A stretch of DNA of 64,000 nt from the human T2T-CHM13v2.0 reference genome, Homo sapiens. The notes below the pieces were generated by a model. That model worked only from the letters and a program-made list of their open reading frames with translations. It searched no databases and had not been told where the DNA came from. The stretch lies in assembly GCF_009914755.1 (NCBI RefSeq), contig NC_060938.1; one strand, given 5' to 3'. Positions 38,718 to 52,090 of this stretch are shown here, in pieces. A program made the position numbers and the translations under genes. Position 1 is the stretch's first letter. Every line of letters begins with the position of its first letter.

Positions 38718-39216
38718 TATATTAATCAGGGTCCCAGCAAGAAACAGAGTTCTTTTCAAAAGGATTTGACTAAGAAGAATGTAGTGAAGGCACAACTTAT
38801 AGATGGACGGGCAGGGTTCAGGGCAGCAACAGGAATGTTGAGGCACCCAGGAACTAGCAATAGTGGGAAGATGATACCAGCCCTCAGCCAAAGGAGCAAA
38901 GAAAGGAAATAGTGTGACTGGGGCCTGGTGAGTCTTGGCAGCATAGAGGTGGCCACCTGGTGAGAGCAGTGGTCCCAAGGGCCACAGTCCCTGCCATAGC
39001 CAAGCACCAGAGCAAAGAGGGAGCAGGGGAAGAGACACCCTCCTGACCTCCAGCCTCCTGCCTGTACCTCACATTTGCCGGACACAAAAGGAAGCTAGAG
39101 GCAAAGGAAGCTGGTGATTCAGCTCCTAGCACTCAGCCCCAGGGGTCACAGAGCAGGGCACCAAAGGGAAGAGAATGAACATGAAGGGAGAAGGCAAATG
39201 GAGAAAAATAAGCACA
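38718..39216 (-). mobile_element. ERVL solo LTR (LTR33/LTR41 group)
   Basis: TATTAATCAGGGTCCCAGCAAGAAACAGA ... GCACCCAGGAACTAGCAA ... CAGAGCAGGG ... GGCAAATGG...AGCACA. Confidence 0.65.
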
Positions 39217-40479
39217 GGGGACACCTTCCTCCTTTTCGTGATTAGGATTGTTACCATTGCAGACCTGCCTGCCACCCCCAACCCAGAGGACCTTGAGGCT
39301 TTGGGGAATGAGAAGTAAAGCCCCCACTAGAAGGTTGAGGATGCATAAAGCTTAAAACCCTTGTTCTAGGGAAAGTGTCTTTGCAGCCTTTCCATGGCAC
39401 TTAGTGAGGAATGAGTCTTGTTTCCAGATGGAGATGCTAAAGCATCCAGGCATGCCAGCCCTGGGGAATGCAGGGAAACAGTCTTAGGGATGGACCCAGG
39501 CCTTGGTACTTTAGAGCTTCTAGGGTATGAGTCATCTTTGCCTCTTAACAATCAGATCAGTGGTACCCTTCTGACCTCTGTCATTTGGCTGCACTGGAGG
39601 CAAGAAATGGTTTGGACTCACGCAGGGGCATGATGTTAGTAAGGAAGGGGTCAGAGGTGAACCTAGCTTGGGTGCTCCACCTCTTGACTCAGAGTCTGTG
39701 CTCTTTGATGAACTTTCTGTTACCTTGGGATCTTCTACAGCAGGTCCTGGTGTGCAAGTATTTCAAGATCAAGATAAAATATTTCATTGTGTTTTATTTA
39801 GGAAAAAAATGGTAGATGAAAGCGGAACCAACAGGGGCATTCCGTTTGTGGTTTGCTGAGATTCCCTGGAAAGCAAGCTTGGGAGGCCAGGGTCTGTCAG
39901 AACACAAGACCAATGTCTTCTCCAAAACTTGGATGAACAGAAGGTGCTTACAAGCTGACAGGGAGTTATGGGGAAGGAAGCAGAATTTCCAGTTTGGTTC
40001 CAAGTCTTTTCTGGTCTTGACCTTTAGCCTAAAAACAGAGGGCCCAGTTGTTCTCCATTATTACTGTAACTCAAAAGGAGACACATGGGTCCGGGAGAGA
40101 GTTGGGAGGCAATACTAGGTTTGCACATTCTGAGTTCATGGACACCCAAGGAACTGCCCCTCCCTAGGATAACTAGAGCCAAGCCACTGGACCCTTCTCA
40201 TCCTGTGGCCTTGTCTACAATTTTAATCATTTTGAAGATGAAGGTTTTGAAGATGAAGGCCCAGCCTCAAAAAGGAATAACCAAGAACAACCCTCTCTCC
40301 CTCCTTTAGTTTAGATGCTTCCACAGTCAAATGTAAAATTATTCATGTGCTTTTACTCATTATTCATCTGATTTTATGTAAAAAAAAAAAAAATGGAATC
40401 CTAGGCTGGTCACTGCATGGTGTTCTCAATCACAAGCCATGAGCCAGGGTTCAACATGCTCCCTTCACTTCAGACCTTC

Positions 40480-40745
40480 CTCACAACTGAGCCTGGATCC
40501 CACTCTGGACCTCATGATCCGCCTACCACGGCCTCCCAGCGCGCCCAGCCCCTGCTTTATTTTTCTATATAGCACTTATTGTTACCAGATACATTTGTGT
40601 TTATCACCTCTCTCATCACACACACACACACACACAGTTAAAGGCAGGGACTTGGTCTATTTTCTCAAAGTTGTGTCCCCGGCACTTAGAATCCTGCCTG
40701 CCGTGGTGTACATGCTCAATAAGTACTTATTAAGTGAATGAATGG
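40480..40745 (+). mobile_element. L2a 3' end with internal (CA)n
   Basis: CCCTGCTTTATTTTTCT..ATAGCACTTAT...GGCAGGGACTT...GCTCAATAAGTACTTATTAAGTGAATGAATG. Confidence 0.8.
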
Positions 40746-40935
40746 AGTCAGACATGTCCTCAAGGGTAGGTTCAAATCAGGGAGAATGGTGGGTGTCCTT
40801 ACTGCTTTATAGGATTTCATGCTGGCCCCAGACTTGAGTCATTTCCATCAGGCAAATTCCTGAAATACTTACTGGTCTTCCTGATTCTGTGGTATGTGCT
40901 TGTCAACAGCACATTGTCGAACACGTTGCTGCCTA

Positions 40936-41386
<451 letters not shown>

Positions 41387-42339
41387 TCACACATGACTTC
41401 CTATGCAATTAGTATAAAGCAAAGAGACAACAGACAACACTTCACACCTGAGCCCCAGGTCCTGAATGTCTTTGGATAGCCTCTCTCCTTGAAGGATATA
41501 TTGACTCACAGGCAAAGGGCCCTTATAATGATATAAAGGAGACCAAGTTGGAAGGAATAGATCACAGGAAGGTGAAGCCCAAAATCCAGAAGGGAATTTC
41601 AGGGAAAGTGGTCTGGTCTCAGGTACCCTGCCCAGATCCATGTGCCTTCCAACACGTGGCAGACAGAGAGGTGACAAGACAAAGGAGGAAAGCATGCTCA
41701 AGGGATAGCTAATGGGTGTGTCATTCGACCTTCCCAAGACCTAGCTCTCTGGAAATATCAAGGGTTCAGGGGGCTGGGTCATAGGCTTGCTTTCCTTCTA
41801 GCTCACTGTGTGGACCTGGATAAGTTGCTTGGCCTTACCCATCCACCCTTAGTAGCCTCTTCTCTGGCCCCTTCCATGGTTCTGTGCAGAGTAAAGAGGT
41901 AGGACACACAGTAGGGCCCAGAAGGGTCTCCTGGCAGTCACTGATGCCAGATTCAGCTCTCTTGACTCTCCATGTTGGTGACGACACCACCAATTTTCCT
42001 TTGCACACATGGCCTCACCTTGAAAATTCAAGGGTCTACAGTCAAGTCACTTCTGCTTCTAGGGGCCTCCCAGAAGCACCTAGTATTCTGTTTCAAGTCC
42101 TTTGTCCAGCTGCTTTCAAATCACCAAACTCCTCTCTCCCTCCCCTCCATTACTACCCATGGAGATCCAGAGGAGGGACTTCTTAACTTCTCAGACAGTG
42201 AATTGAGGGAGCTCAGAGATTTCTTTTATTCCTGGAGCACAGAATGTAACGTAGGTGCACCAGATCAAAGGCATAGCAGCAGCCTGAGCTTCTCTTTGAC
42301 CAAGTCCTGGGAGGCAGGCTGGGTGTTTGTGTTTGAGGA

Positions 42340-42531
42340 TAGAGTGCCAGATGTTGCAAATAAACATAGAAAACACTCATTTAAATTTAAATTTAAGATG
42401 AACAATGAATACTTTTTTTAGTATAAGTGTGTTTTATAAAATATTTGAGCCATATGTATACCGAAAAATGATTCCTTGCTTGTCTGAAATCCAGATTGTG
42501 TTGGGTGGTCTATATTTTACCTGGCAGCCCA
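42340..42531. mobile_element. MER53 palindromic hAT MITE
   Basis: TGCCAGAT..GCAAATAAA...AAATTT.AATTT.AGAT.AACAATGAATA.TTTTTTAGTATAAGT...TCTGAAAT...ATTTTACCTGGCAGCCC. Confidence 0.8.
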
Positions 42532-43214
42532 TTTGCATGTTTCCTAAACACACCGGCAGCTCCCAAATCAGCCTGGAGAGAGCTGAGCCTGGTGCGTGGG
42601 GCATACCTTACAACCCCAGTTTCTGTTCCCCACCCATGTTCTTTCCAAGGAGGCTGGCTGCCCCACTGTCAGAGTGTCCAGGAAAGAAAATAGAAGAGAG
42701 AAAATGGTCATGGGGTTCACGGGCATTGTGCCCCCACCGTCGGCTGCAGCAGAGACTCAGTGTGGCAGATGCCTCCACGTCTCCAGCCCAGGCCCAGTCA
42801 AGCAAGGGCCCTAAGATCTGCCCAGAAGGAGAAGGTGTGGGAGGGGGCGGTGCCCGCAAGTGGAGGTGGGGGACAGGAAAGGGAAGGGCCCGCAATGCCA
42901 GCATGGAGCTTCGAAGGGGACTTTGAAAGGTGCTGCCTATGAAGCACTGCTTTCCTCCAGAGCAGCCATCCTACCTGCCTGCCCTGAGACCCCCGCTGGC
43001 TACCATTATCCCAGGACAAAACAGGGCCCGGGCTCCCGGTTCCCCCTCATTTCCTCTTTCAGTGTATTTTCTCTCCTCCATGTTCTGGAAGTTTCTCTCA
43101 GTGTAAGCCTTGTCAGGGAGGCCTGCCACTCTGCCCCACCTCTTCGCCTCCTGCTTGCCCTGCGGCCAGCTGTGGTTTGGCCTGATCTCAGAGCTTAGCA
43201 CACAGCAGGTCTCC

Positions 43215-43420
43215 CAGGGTTGGAGGTCCATCCTACCTTTGAGTAGCTGTGTGACCTTGGAGGAGGCCTGTCCTACCTTTGAGTAGCTGTGTGACCTTGG
43301 ACTACTTAGTGCTCGGCACCTCTGCTTCCTCATCTGCAAATGGGCACTCTGGGCAAGATGAAGTGAGTCACTGAGTGGGAAGTGTTTGGGACAGTGACCC
43401 GCGTGGAAGAGACATTGTTA
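43215..43420 (+). mobile_element. MIR with an internal 40-bp tandem duplication
   Basis: TAGCTGTGTGACCTTGG twice, then CTTCCTCATCTGCAAATGGG. Confidence 0.8.
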
Positions 43421-44029
43421 TACACGTGGGCTTTATTCCACCCCTGCTGCTCCACTCAGCTGTTCCTCAGTCACCTCCACTGATTTTGTTCTTAGCTGTA
43501 GCCCTTCTTGAACCCCTGCCGTCCTAGGTGCACACGCCTGCCCCACACCTCCCACTGTCCCCTCCCTGGGTGCCCATGACTCTCTTCTTCCCTTTCAGTT
43601 ATTTTCCTCTCTCAGACCCATCCAACCAGCCCCATTTCCCCAAGGTTCTGTTCTAACCTCTCTTTAATCCTTTTTCCCTTGGAGATCTCAAGGAACAGAT
43701 GGGAGCCTCAGCACAGTATAGCCTTGTATGTGCACAGGCCATTTCCACACGGGGCGGGGACGTGGCAGCTGTGCTTTGGCGGTCATCTCTGGAGAAGGGC
43801 GGCTGGGGCTCAGGAGGCTGAGGGAGCTCCTGCTTTTCACTTTCTTCCCTCCTGTGAGATTCAGTTTTTTTCATAAGCATTAATTACTTTTATTAATATA
43901 GTAGAATTGCAACTGTAATGTAGGATTTTTTTTTAGGAGAAGGGATAGATTACCTTTGACCAGGCTCTCAGGGTTTCTTTATTAAGTAATCTGCCTTTAA
44001 GATGGGATAGGGGGAGGGCATTCAAAGTA

Positions 44030-44379
44030 AAGATGGTCCCCTAGTTGTGATTTTTCGACTTTATGATGGTGCAAAAGTGATAGGCGGTCAGTAGAAAGTG
44101 GCACCACATTCTCCCATGATGCTGGGTGGTGGTGTGAGCCATGTCTCCCGGTCAGCCAGCTGGTTGGGAGGGTAAAGGGCCAATGCCGTACAGTGTGCTG
44201 TGCTGCTAGGTGATGTTGCCCAGCTCTGGGCTGTGGAAGCGTTCTGAGTACACTGAAGGTGGGCTAGGCTCAGCTGTGATGCTCAGGAGGTTAGGTGGAT
44301 CCAGTGCATTTTCACTGGTATTTCCAGCTCACCCTGCATTTATCTGGATGTAATCTCATCATAAGTCAAGGAGCATCTG
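44030..44379 (-). mobile_element. MER47B-like TcMar-Tigger element
   Basis: AGATGGTCCCC...TTTTTCGACTTTATGATGGTGCAAAAG ... CATCATAAGTCAAGGAGCATCTG, with TA flanks. Confidence 0.8.
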
Positions 44380-44448
44380 TACAACAAGCAGTCTGAGGGA
44401 AGGCACAGAGGAGAGGCTTTGGCACCTGGAAAGAAATGTCGGGCCTCA

Positions 44449-46044
44449 TACTGCCCATAGTAATTTGTAGATTCAATGCTATCCCCATCCAGCTACCATT
44501 GACTTTCTTCACAAAATTAGAAAAAAACTACTTTAAATTTCATATGGAACCAAAAAAGAGCCCGTGCAGCCAAGACAATCCTAAGCAAAAAGAACAAACC
44601 TGGAGGCATCACGCTACCTGACTTCAAACTATACTACAAGCTTACGGTAACCAAAACAGCATGGTACTAGTACCAAAACAGATACATAGACAAATGGAAC
44701 AGAACAGAGGCCTCAGAAATAACACTACGCATCTACAACCATCTGATCTTTGACAAACCTGACAAAAGCAGGCAATGGGGAAAGGATTCCCTATTTAATA
44801 AATGGTGTTGGGAAAACTGGCTAGCCATATGCAGAAAACTGAAATTGGACCCCTTCCTTACACCTTATACAAAAATTAACTCAAGATGGATTAAAGACTT
44901 AAATGTAACATCTAAAACCATAAAAACCCTAGAAGAAAACCTAGGCAATACCATTCAGGACATAAGCATGGGCAAAGACTTCATGACTAAAACACCAAAA
45001 GCAATGGCAACAAAAGTCAAAATTGACAAATGGGATCTAATTAAGCTAAAGAGCTTCTGCACAGCAAAAGAAACTATCATAAGAGTGAACAGGCAACCTA
45101 CAGAATGGGAGAACATTTTTACAATCTATCCATCTGACAAAGGGCTAATATCCAGAATCTACAAAAAACTTAAACTAATTTACAAGAAAAAAACAACCCC
45201 ATCAAAAAGTGGTCAAAGGATATGAACAGACACTTCTCAAAAGAAGACATTTATGCGGTCAACAAACATATGGAAAAAAGCTCATCATCACTGATCACTA
45301 GAGAAATGCAAATCAAAACCACAATGAGATACCATCTCATGCCAGTAAGAATGGCGATCATTAAAAAGTCAGGAAACAACAGATGCTGTAGAGGACGGGA
45401 GAAATAGGAATGCTTTTACACTGTTGATGGGAGTATAATTCGTCCAACCATTGTGGAAGACAGTGTGGCAATTCCTCAAGGATCTAGAACCAGAAATACC
45501 ATTTGACCCAGCAATCCCATTACTGGGTATATACCCAAAGGATTATAAATCATTCTGCTATAAAGACACATGCACACGTATGTTTATTGTGGCACTGTTC
45601 ACAATAGCAAAGACTTGGAATCAACCCAAACGCCCATCAATGATAGACTGGATAAAGAAAATGTAGCACATATACACCATGGAATACTATGCAGCCATAA
45701 AAAAGGATGAGTTCATGTCCTTTGTAGGGACATGGATGAAGCTGGAAACCATTATTCTCAGCAAAGTGACACAAGAAGAGAAAACCAAACACCACATGTT
45801 CTCACTCATAAGCGGGAGTTGAACAATAACACATGGACACAGGGAGGGGAACGTCACACACCAGGGCCTGTAAGGGGCTAGGGGGCTAGGGGAGGGATAG
45901 CATTAGGAGAAAAACCTAATGTAGATAACAGGTTGATGGGTGCAGCAAACAACCATGGCATGTGTATACCAGTGTAACAAATCTGCACGTTCTGCACATG
46001 TATCCCAGAACTTAAAGTATAATAAAAAATAAAAAAAATTTAAA
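44449..46044 (+). mobile_element. 5'-truncated L1PA (L1PA6-8-like): ORF2 C-terminus, 3'UTR and poly-A
   Basis: ORF track shows L1 ORF2 peptides ([35 protein letters not shown]) split by frameshifts and stops. TSD AAAGAAATGTC(GG/CT)GCCTCA at 44430-44448 and 46045-46063. Confidence 0.95.
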
Positions 46045-46244
46045 AAAGAAATGTCCTGCCTCAGCTGGTGGTGGCAGGTGCTGTGGCTCACTAAGGCCTC
46101 AGGTCCATTGGCTTTACCTGACAGGTTTGTCTACAGCGCCTGCAGACCTGCCAGGAGGGGGTGACACTCTTTGGAGACAGGGTGATCCCCTAATAGTGAT
46201 GTAAGTGGGAGGAGAAGCTGTAAAATAAGTTTAGGAAATAGAGA

Positions 46245-46770
46245 CTCCCCCACATACTTTTGGGGGTCCAGGTAAGGGTACAATGTAGACCAGCTTTCAT
46301 ATGTCCAAATATTTGAAAGTTACAAATCAAGCTAACAAACTATTACATAGAATATGTTCTCTCCTCTTGCCTTGACAAACGCACCTTCCTGATATGGTGA
46401 AGGCCAACCTTGAATTTAGAACCCGTGGACCCCTCAGAGTTCCACACTGGAATGTGGTGGCCTTGGGGGAGCCCGCCTGGGCTGGTTTCAGACCCTGGCT
46501 CCATTTAGCACTAGGAAGGGCCTTGAGCACACATGTGTGGGCACTCAGCTCACATGTGCAAGCTCCGCAGTGCCCTCAAGCCACCCCTGGTCACCACCCG
46601 AGGCCTATGGGTGTGCACACCAGTAATGTGATCCACCCACAACTTGGCCTTGGGCTTAGGCTCAGGGAATTGACCAGGGAACTCCAGGATCAGAATGCAC
46701 AAGGCACTGTCCAACGTCCAGCAGCAGGGCATATGTGGGTCCTTGGGGCCATATTCCTTTAACCTGTGGA
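46245..46770 (+). mobile_element. hAT-Tip100 relic (MER115/Zaphod-like)
   Basis: CATATGTCCAAATATTTGAAAGTTACAAATCAAGCTAACAAACT...ATATGTTCT...CCTTGACAAA. Inverted homologue of ~1300-1468. Confidence 0.65.
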
Positions 46771-48821
46771 CACTTCACCCACGGCTGGAGGTGAGCCAGA
46801 GCAGACTCCCTAATGTGTGGGCCACAGCACCGGCCACTCCAGTCACCAGATGAGGACCTGGCGGGGGTGAGCTTAGCCAATGAAAACCGGAGGAAGGAGC
46901 TTTAAAGGTTTCCTAGAAGAGTCCTCCAGATGCCCAGGCGCCCCCCCACCCCCCATGCTGGGGCTGGATTTCTGCCCAACACCTCGTGCCTCAGGGTCAT
47001 TCAGGTGTCACCGTCTCATGCTCCTGACACAGTGAAGAGCTTGTTTTCCTCCTCACACTCCCTGACTCTAATCCCCACCAGCCTGTGCCACTTGGCTGGC
47101 CTCCTTGGCAGAAAGGTGACAAAAGGACACGTCTCTGGAGAGTCAGATCCCTCAGCTGCCGGAATCTAGGACCTCCTTGGGGCCACATAAGCCAATGGCT
47201 GAGGGTCCTGATCTTGTTACTGATCTGGTTTCCTTCGACCTCTTATAGCCAGGGTGTTGGTGGGAGTCACTCAAGCAAATTCATTAATCTTAAGGAAGCA
47301 GGAGCTATTACAATCGAGCAAGCCTCTTTGCTTCTCTCTAACGCTCATGCTCCCATAGCATTGCCCTCCTGCCCTGATCAGCCTTCCCTATAGAACCTTA
47401 CCTCCCAATGTTTCCTCACCTCCAGCCAGCTCACCTCTGCCACTGCGCTTCTTGCCTGCTCCCAACATCTGCTCATCTGCACCTACCCAGCTGTTCTTAT
47501 TTCTATCCAAATCGCTTTCGTCCTTCAAGGTGACTTGAGATTTCACCTCCATAAAAGGTTCCCAACACTTCCATCGATTCTTCCCCTGCTTTATCACCTG
47601 TATTGTTTACCACCTGGACCCAACATTTGGCCCATGAATTATGTTCATGTTAGTACTTTATAACATATGGCATTTTTATTCTTCCATGTTATGTAGAAAT
47701 CATAGAACTAGAAGAGATCTTAAAGACTACCTAGTCCCATCCTCATTTTCTGAACATGAGGAAACCGAGAGAGAGGAAGGTTGTTGTAACTTGCCAGGCA
47801 GAGCCCTCAGGGTTTGGCAGAGCTGGGCGTTACACTCAAATTACACTCAACACTCTTAGCCCAATCCAGGACTTGCCACAAGCTCTTGATGCCTCTCTAC
47901 ATAGAAGTCTGCTTCACCCATAGGATGCGGCGGTCAGGAAGGTCAGTCTCAGAATATACTCAAGTGGGCAAATGGGGCCTTCCCATTTTCTGGCAGGACA
48001 CAGCCCAGAGAGGTGCATTCCCACCTCTGTGTACTCTATTATTTAAGTTATTTGCATTTTAATAACCAGCAGGCAAAAAAGGCAGTGGTCACCTAGATTT
48101 TCTCAGACCAGCCTTGATTCCCTGCTGTCTCCCCATGGGGAATTTCAGGAACTCCCTTTTCTTCAGAGGGAATAAGCCCAATTCCTGCTTCACCATGGCA
48201 GGGAGGCCGGCTCCTTTTGCTGCCAATCCCCATTATCCCTCGCATTTCCATTGTGGAAGTGCAGAGAGGTTCTTAGCGAGTCTCCCCTCGGACTTTCCCA
48301 GGGGCTCCTGACGAGGAGCCCCAGGCGGGAGGCTGATGGGCTAAACAAGCAACCAAGGAATAGCCAAACAGGCTCCAAGTCAGAGCCTATCTTTAACAAA
48401 GGTGGGATAAAGGGAGCAACAAACTAGAAGGCAGAAGGGTAGGGAGGGGCTGGGGACAGGATGACCTGTCCCAGGTAAGGCCCCTAAATGCTAAGTAAAT
48501 TCCCCAAGTCAAAATCAGCTGGAACAGGGCAGAGCAAACATTTTTTTCCTCCCCACCCCCACCCCGGGTGTCCTGCTCACTGCAAGGAAGAAAAACAGAA
48601 TAATGAGCCACGTTGGAGAGTGTCACTCCAGCAGCTCCGGAAAGACGTGGGCAGACGCCTGGCTGGGCGGCTGACTTTCTCTGTTTCTGGTAGAGATTTT
48701 ATAAATATTCGGGGAGTTTGATCTGAGGCTGTTGGTGGGGAGGCAAGGAGAGCTGCAGAGGGGGGAGACAACTCAGCCCACGGGGGTTCTTGGACCTCTC
48801 TAAAGCCTGCTTTTCATTAGC

Positions 48822-48835
48822 GTCGCCAAGGCAAC
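48822..48835. promoter_or_regulatory. RFX X-box motif in a CpG-retaining unique block
   Basis: GTCGCCAAGGCAAC, 12/14 to the palindrome GTTGCCATGGCAAC. Confidence 0.5.
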
Positions 48836-49596
48836 GGCTCATCTGCTGCAGATCTCATCAAGGCCCTGCAAAGCATCCACGGCACGTTACGCTTTGCGTT
48901 TCACAGTGAATCGGCTGCAATCAGTCTTCCTGCAGCCCTCCCTTACCCCCATCACCTCCTAGCCTATGGAAGAGAAGATCATTAAAGGGGGGTGAAAAAC
49001 TGCAATCAGAACTCTCCGAGGCTGGCACGGAGAGGCAGAGCTGCGATAGTCCTGTTCCGAGGACAGTAGATTCGCCCTGAGGACTATTCAAAGCTGGGCA
49101 GTGATGAGCCTCAAGTAACCCGATGGACCTGTAGCAACTCCCCAGCTCAGTCTTCTTCCATGGTGCACACTCAGCCTTGATTCTTGTCTCCTCCCTGCCT
49201 GACCTAACCTTTCCCCTCCACACACCTTTATTTTTTACCAAGGCGAACATTTGCGGTGCGCCCAAGAACCTCACCGGCCCTTGTGCCGATCGGTTCCAGA
49301 TGCCCATGGAAATGCAAGCTCATGTGTTTCTCTGGTTTTAACAAAGGTGTCCAATGAGTTCTAAGGGTGATGTCAGGGGAGGTGGGGGCAGACCAGGGAG
49401 TAAAGGGAGACCCATGTTGGCAAAGCAGTGTGAGAGCAGGTGAGTGGGCCCAAAGAGTAGGGCCAGGTGTCATGCTCAGCACAGCCAGGTAGGGAATGTG
49501 CACAGAACACATTAATTCGGCTTCACAGACACTCCCATTCTCAGCATGTACCCCATGGAAATCCAGTCACCCCCTTTAAAAGTTGGCTCCTTCCAT

Positions 49597-49912
49597 GGCC
49601 GGGTGCGGTGTTTCACCCCTGTAATCCCAGCACTTTGGGAGGCTGAGGTGGGTGGATCACCTGAGGTCAGGAGTTTGAGACCAGCCTGGCTAACATGGTG
49701 AAACCCCATCTCCACTAAAAATACAAAAATTAGCTGGGTGTGGTGGCGTGTGCCTGTAATCCCAGCTACTTGGGAGGCTGAGGCAGGAGAATCACTTGAA
49801 CCTAGGAGGCAGAGGTTGCAGTGAGTCGAGATCACGCCATTGCAGTGAGCCGAGATCGCGCCATTGTACTCCAGCCAACAAGAGCAAAACTCTGTCTCAA
49901 AAAAAAAAAAAA
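49597..49912 (+). mobile_element. AluSq/Sp-like with an internal 24-bp duplication
   Basis: TSD AAAA(G/A)TTGGCTCCTTCCA. TTGCAGTGAGYCGAGATCRCGCCA occurs twice (49816-49863). Confidence 0.93.
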
Positions 49913-50804
49913 TTGGCTCCTTCCAGCTTTGAGATCCTGAGGCCAGCAGCCAGGGATCCTGCTCTCTGCTATATGTCAGTGTTCCAGCACAGTGCCTGCG
50001 CATAAGAGGCCCTCAGCAGTGTCTTCAAAGAAGGAACCCCTCTGTCCACACAAAAGAGGGGGAGAGTGGTCAGGGCACTGCAGAGGTTGGGGTTGGGTTT
50101 TCTGGTTGTCTTTCTAGCTTGTCTTTGTGCTGGAAAGCAAACCTGAGCTCCAGCCTCTCCCAGCCCCTCCTTTCTGTGGAATGCAGATCACCCCAGCTCT
50201 CCTGAAAGATTGGTACTCAGAGCCTTTGAGCAAGCCCTGGGAAAATGCAGAATCTCAGGCTGTAATTACGAGCTGGAGAAGATCCCTCCCCCAGCTATAA
50301 ATGGAGCAGAACCAGGAACCCAAGACAGCTGGGCTCACACAAAGGCAGCCCCTTGCTTTCTTGCTTGCTCCTACTTTTCCCACTGAGCTTGGCCCTGGAG
50401 AAGCAAACCCCTAATTCCTCTGCTGGTCTGAGCAGGAAATTCCCGTCAGCTTGTGGGAGAGGCCATCTGAGAGAGATTTCAGCACATCCATCCCCCCCGA
50501 GATCCAGAACCGTATCAAGTCCTACCCCAGTCCCGCAGAGCAGCTTCTTCCTCCACAGCTTCTGAGCTGCACCGAAGCAGGCCTCCGCCAGCCTTTGCTA
50601 CCCAAGGCTGATGTTGGGTTTTTAACACTCAGCCAAGTCATAGGGAAGAGTAAGATTTACAATAATTGGGTACATAGCATAGCTGACTGGGCTGCACAGT
50701 GTGGCTTTTGGTCAGTTCTGGCATTCTGGTGGGAAAGCTGCACTGAAGAGGCAGAGAAATGCCAGCCCAGATGGCAGACATGGTGCATTTAAAAAGGCAG
50801 TGTG

Positions 50805-50960
50805 GTATAGATCCTCGCTCCTATAAACGCGGGCCTGGAACCTGCAGCAGGAGCATCACCTGGGAGCTTGTTACAGAAGCAGAATCTCAGGCCCTACTGA
50901 ATCAGAGAATGGGTTTTAACAAGCTGGCCAGCGGACACAGGCACATTCAAGCTTGAGGCA
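50805..50960. mobile_element. MER5A
   Basis: GCATCACCTGGGAGCTTGTTA.A.A.GCAGAATCTCAGGCCC...CTACTGAATCAGA...TTTTAACAAG...GCACATT.AAG.TTGAG. Confidence 0.8.
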
Positions 50961-50984
50961 GAGTGGAGCACAGGAAAGAACATA

Positions 50985-51170
50985 CGGGTGCGTTCATCCC
51001 AGCCTTGTGGATTCCTAATGCCAGCTTTGTCACTCAGTAGTATGTGACTTTAAGTTAAGCTCCCTCTCTGAGCTTCAGTTTCCTCCCCTTTACAGCAGAG
51101 ATGATGTAACCTATTATAAAGGGCTGATGTGAGGCTCGACCTGGTACCAGCAGGCTCCTACCCTAGTCAA
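50985..51170 (+). mobile_element. MIR
   Basis: TGTGACTT..AAGTTA...CTCTCTGAGCTTCAGTTTCCTC. Confidence 0.7.
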
Positions 51171-51864
51171 TGTTAGCAGCACAGAGATGATTGCTCAGGG
51201 AACATCAAAATCCTTTATTTCCCCAAGGCAACTACCTAGGAGATGCAGCTTCAGTCCGTCCTCTTGCTATTTCACTTTTTTATTTTCTGGGGAGACTTGT
51301 AGTCCCCTGACCATGAATTTCAGAGCCAACAGTGGTAAGCTTTTCATTCTAGCTACCCCCGTGTGAAATTAAGATCCAGAGTGCCCCCAGAGGGACCAAG
51401 CTTTCTCATGTAGAATAGATCGCTATGGGTGAAGGAACTGAATGAATGCGGTCTGGCAGGGTCAGTTCTGGGGACAGGGGCATTCCAGGAAGAGGAGATA
51501 CAACATGTAACTTTCATAATGGATAAATGGCTCCTTGGCGGTTCCCCACAAGTGAGTAGTATCGAGTCTGGATTTCATTTCTTTCACCGTCTGTGAGTTT
51601 CCTTGAGAGAGAGTAGGATTCTCTTGTCATGGGGATTGGAGTTTTAACCCACTTTTCTTTGTTTGGTGTTGGTGTGTTCTGTCACTACAGTCCCCTACTG
51701 CTTTCCCAAGCTAATGTAATGGAACACAGGGATGGACAAGCCACGAGGGTCTGCAGGGACCTCAATGTCTCCATAAATGCTGGGCTGATTTTGCAAAGCT
51801 GCTTTCCCAACGGGGCTTGGCTAAAGCTGCTTTTCAAATTAGTTTTGTAGAGGAAAGGAGGGCA

Positions 51865-52090
51865 GGTCAGCTCCCAGGTACCAGTTGGGTGACCTGGGGC
51901 GAGTCCCTTAACCTCTCTAAGCCTCAGTTTCCTCCTAGGATGATAATGCTAATACGAGAATCTCCTTGAAGACAGCCATGCATGTCTCCACCCATTCTGG
52001 GGATAACAGAATTACTGGCGGATTAAGTAACGTGATACTTACAAGGAACATGGTACAGAGAGTGGAATATGGTCAATAAATGGTAGCTGC
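51865..52090 (+). mobile_element. MIR
   Basis: GTGACCTGGGGCGAGTCCCTTAACCTCTCTAAGCCTCAGTTTCCTC ... CAATAAATGGTAGCTG. Confidence 0.75.

Noticed and set aside
44436-45666. L1 ORF2 peptides as a CDS
   Set aside because: The copy is 5'-truncated, frameshifted and contains stops, so it is a dead retrotransposon.
48308-48346. Hammerhead-like CTGACGA plus stem (also ~22993)
   Set aside because: The required GAAA after stem II is missing, and I found no stems I/III.
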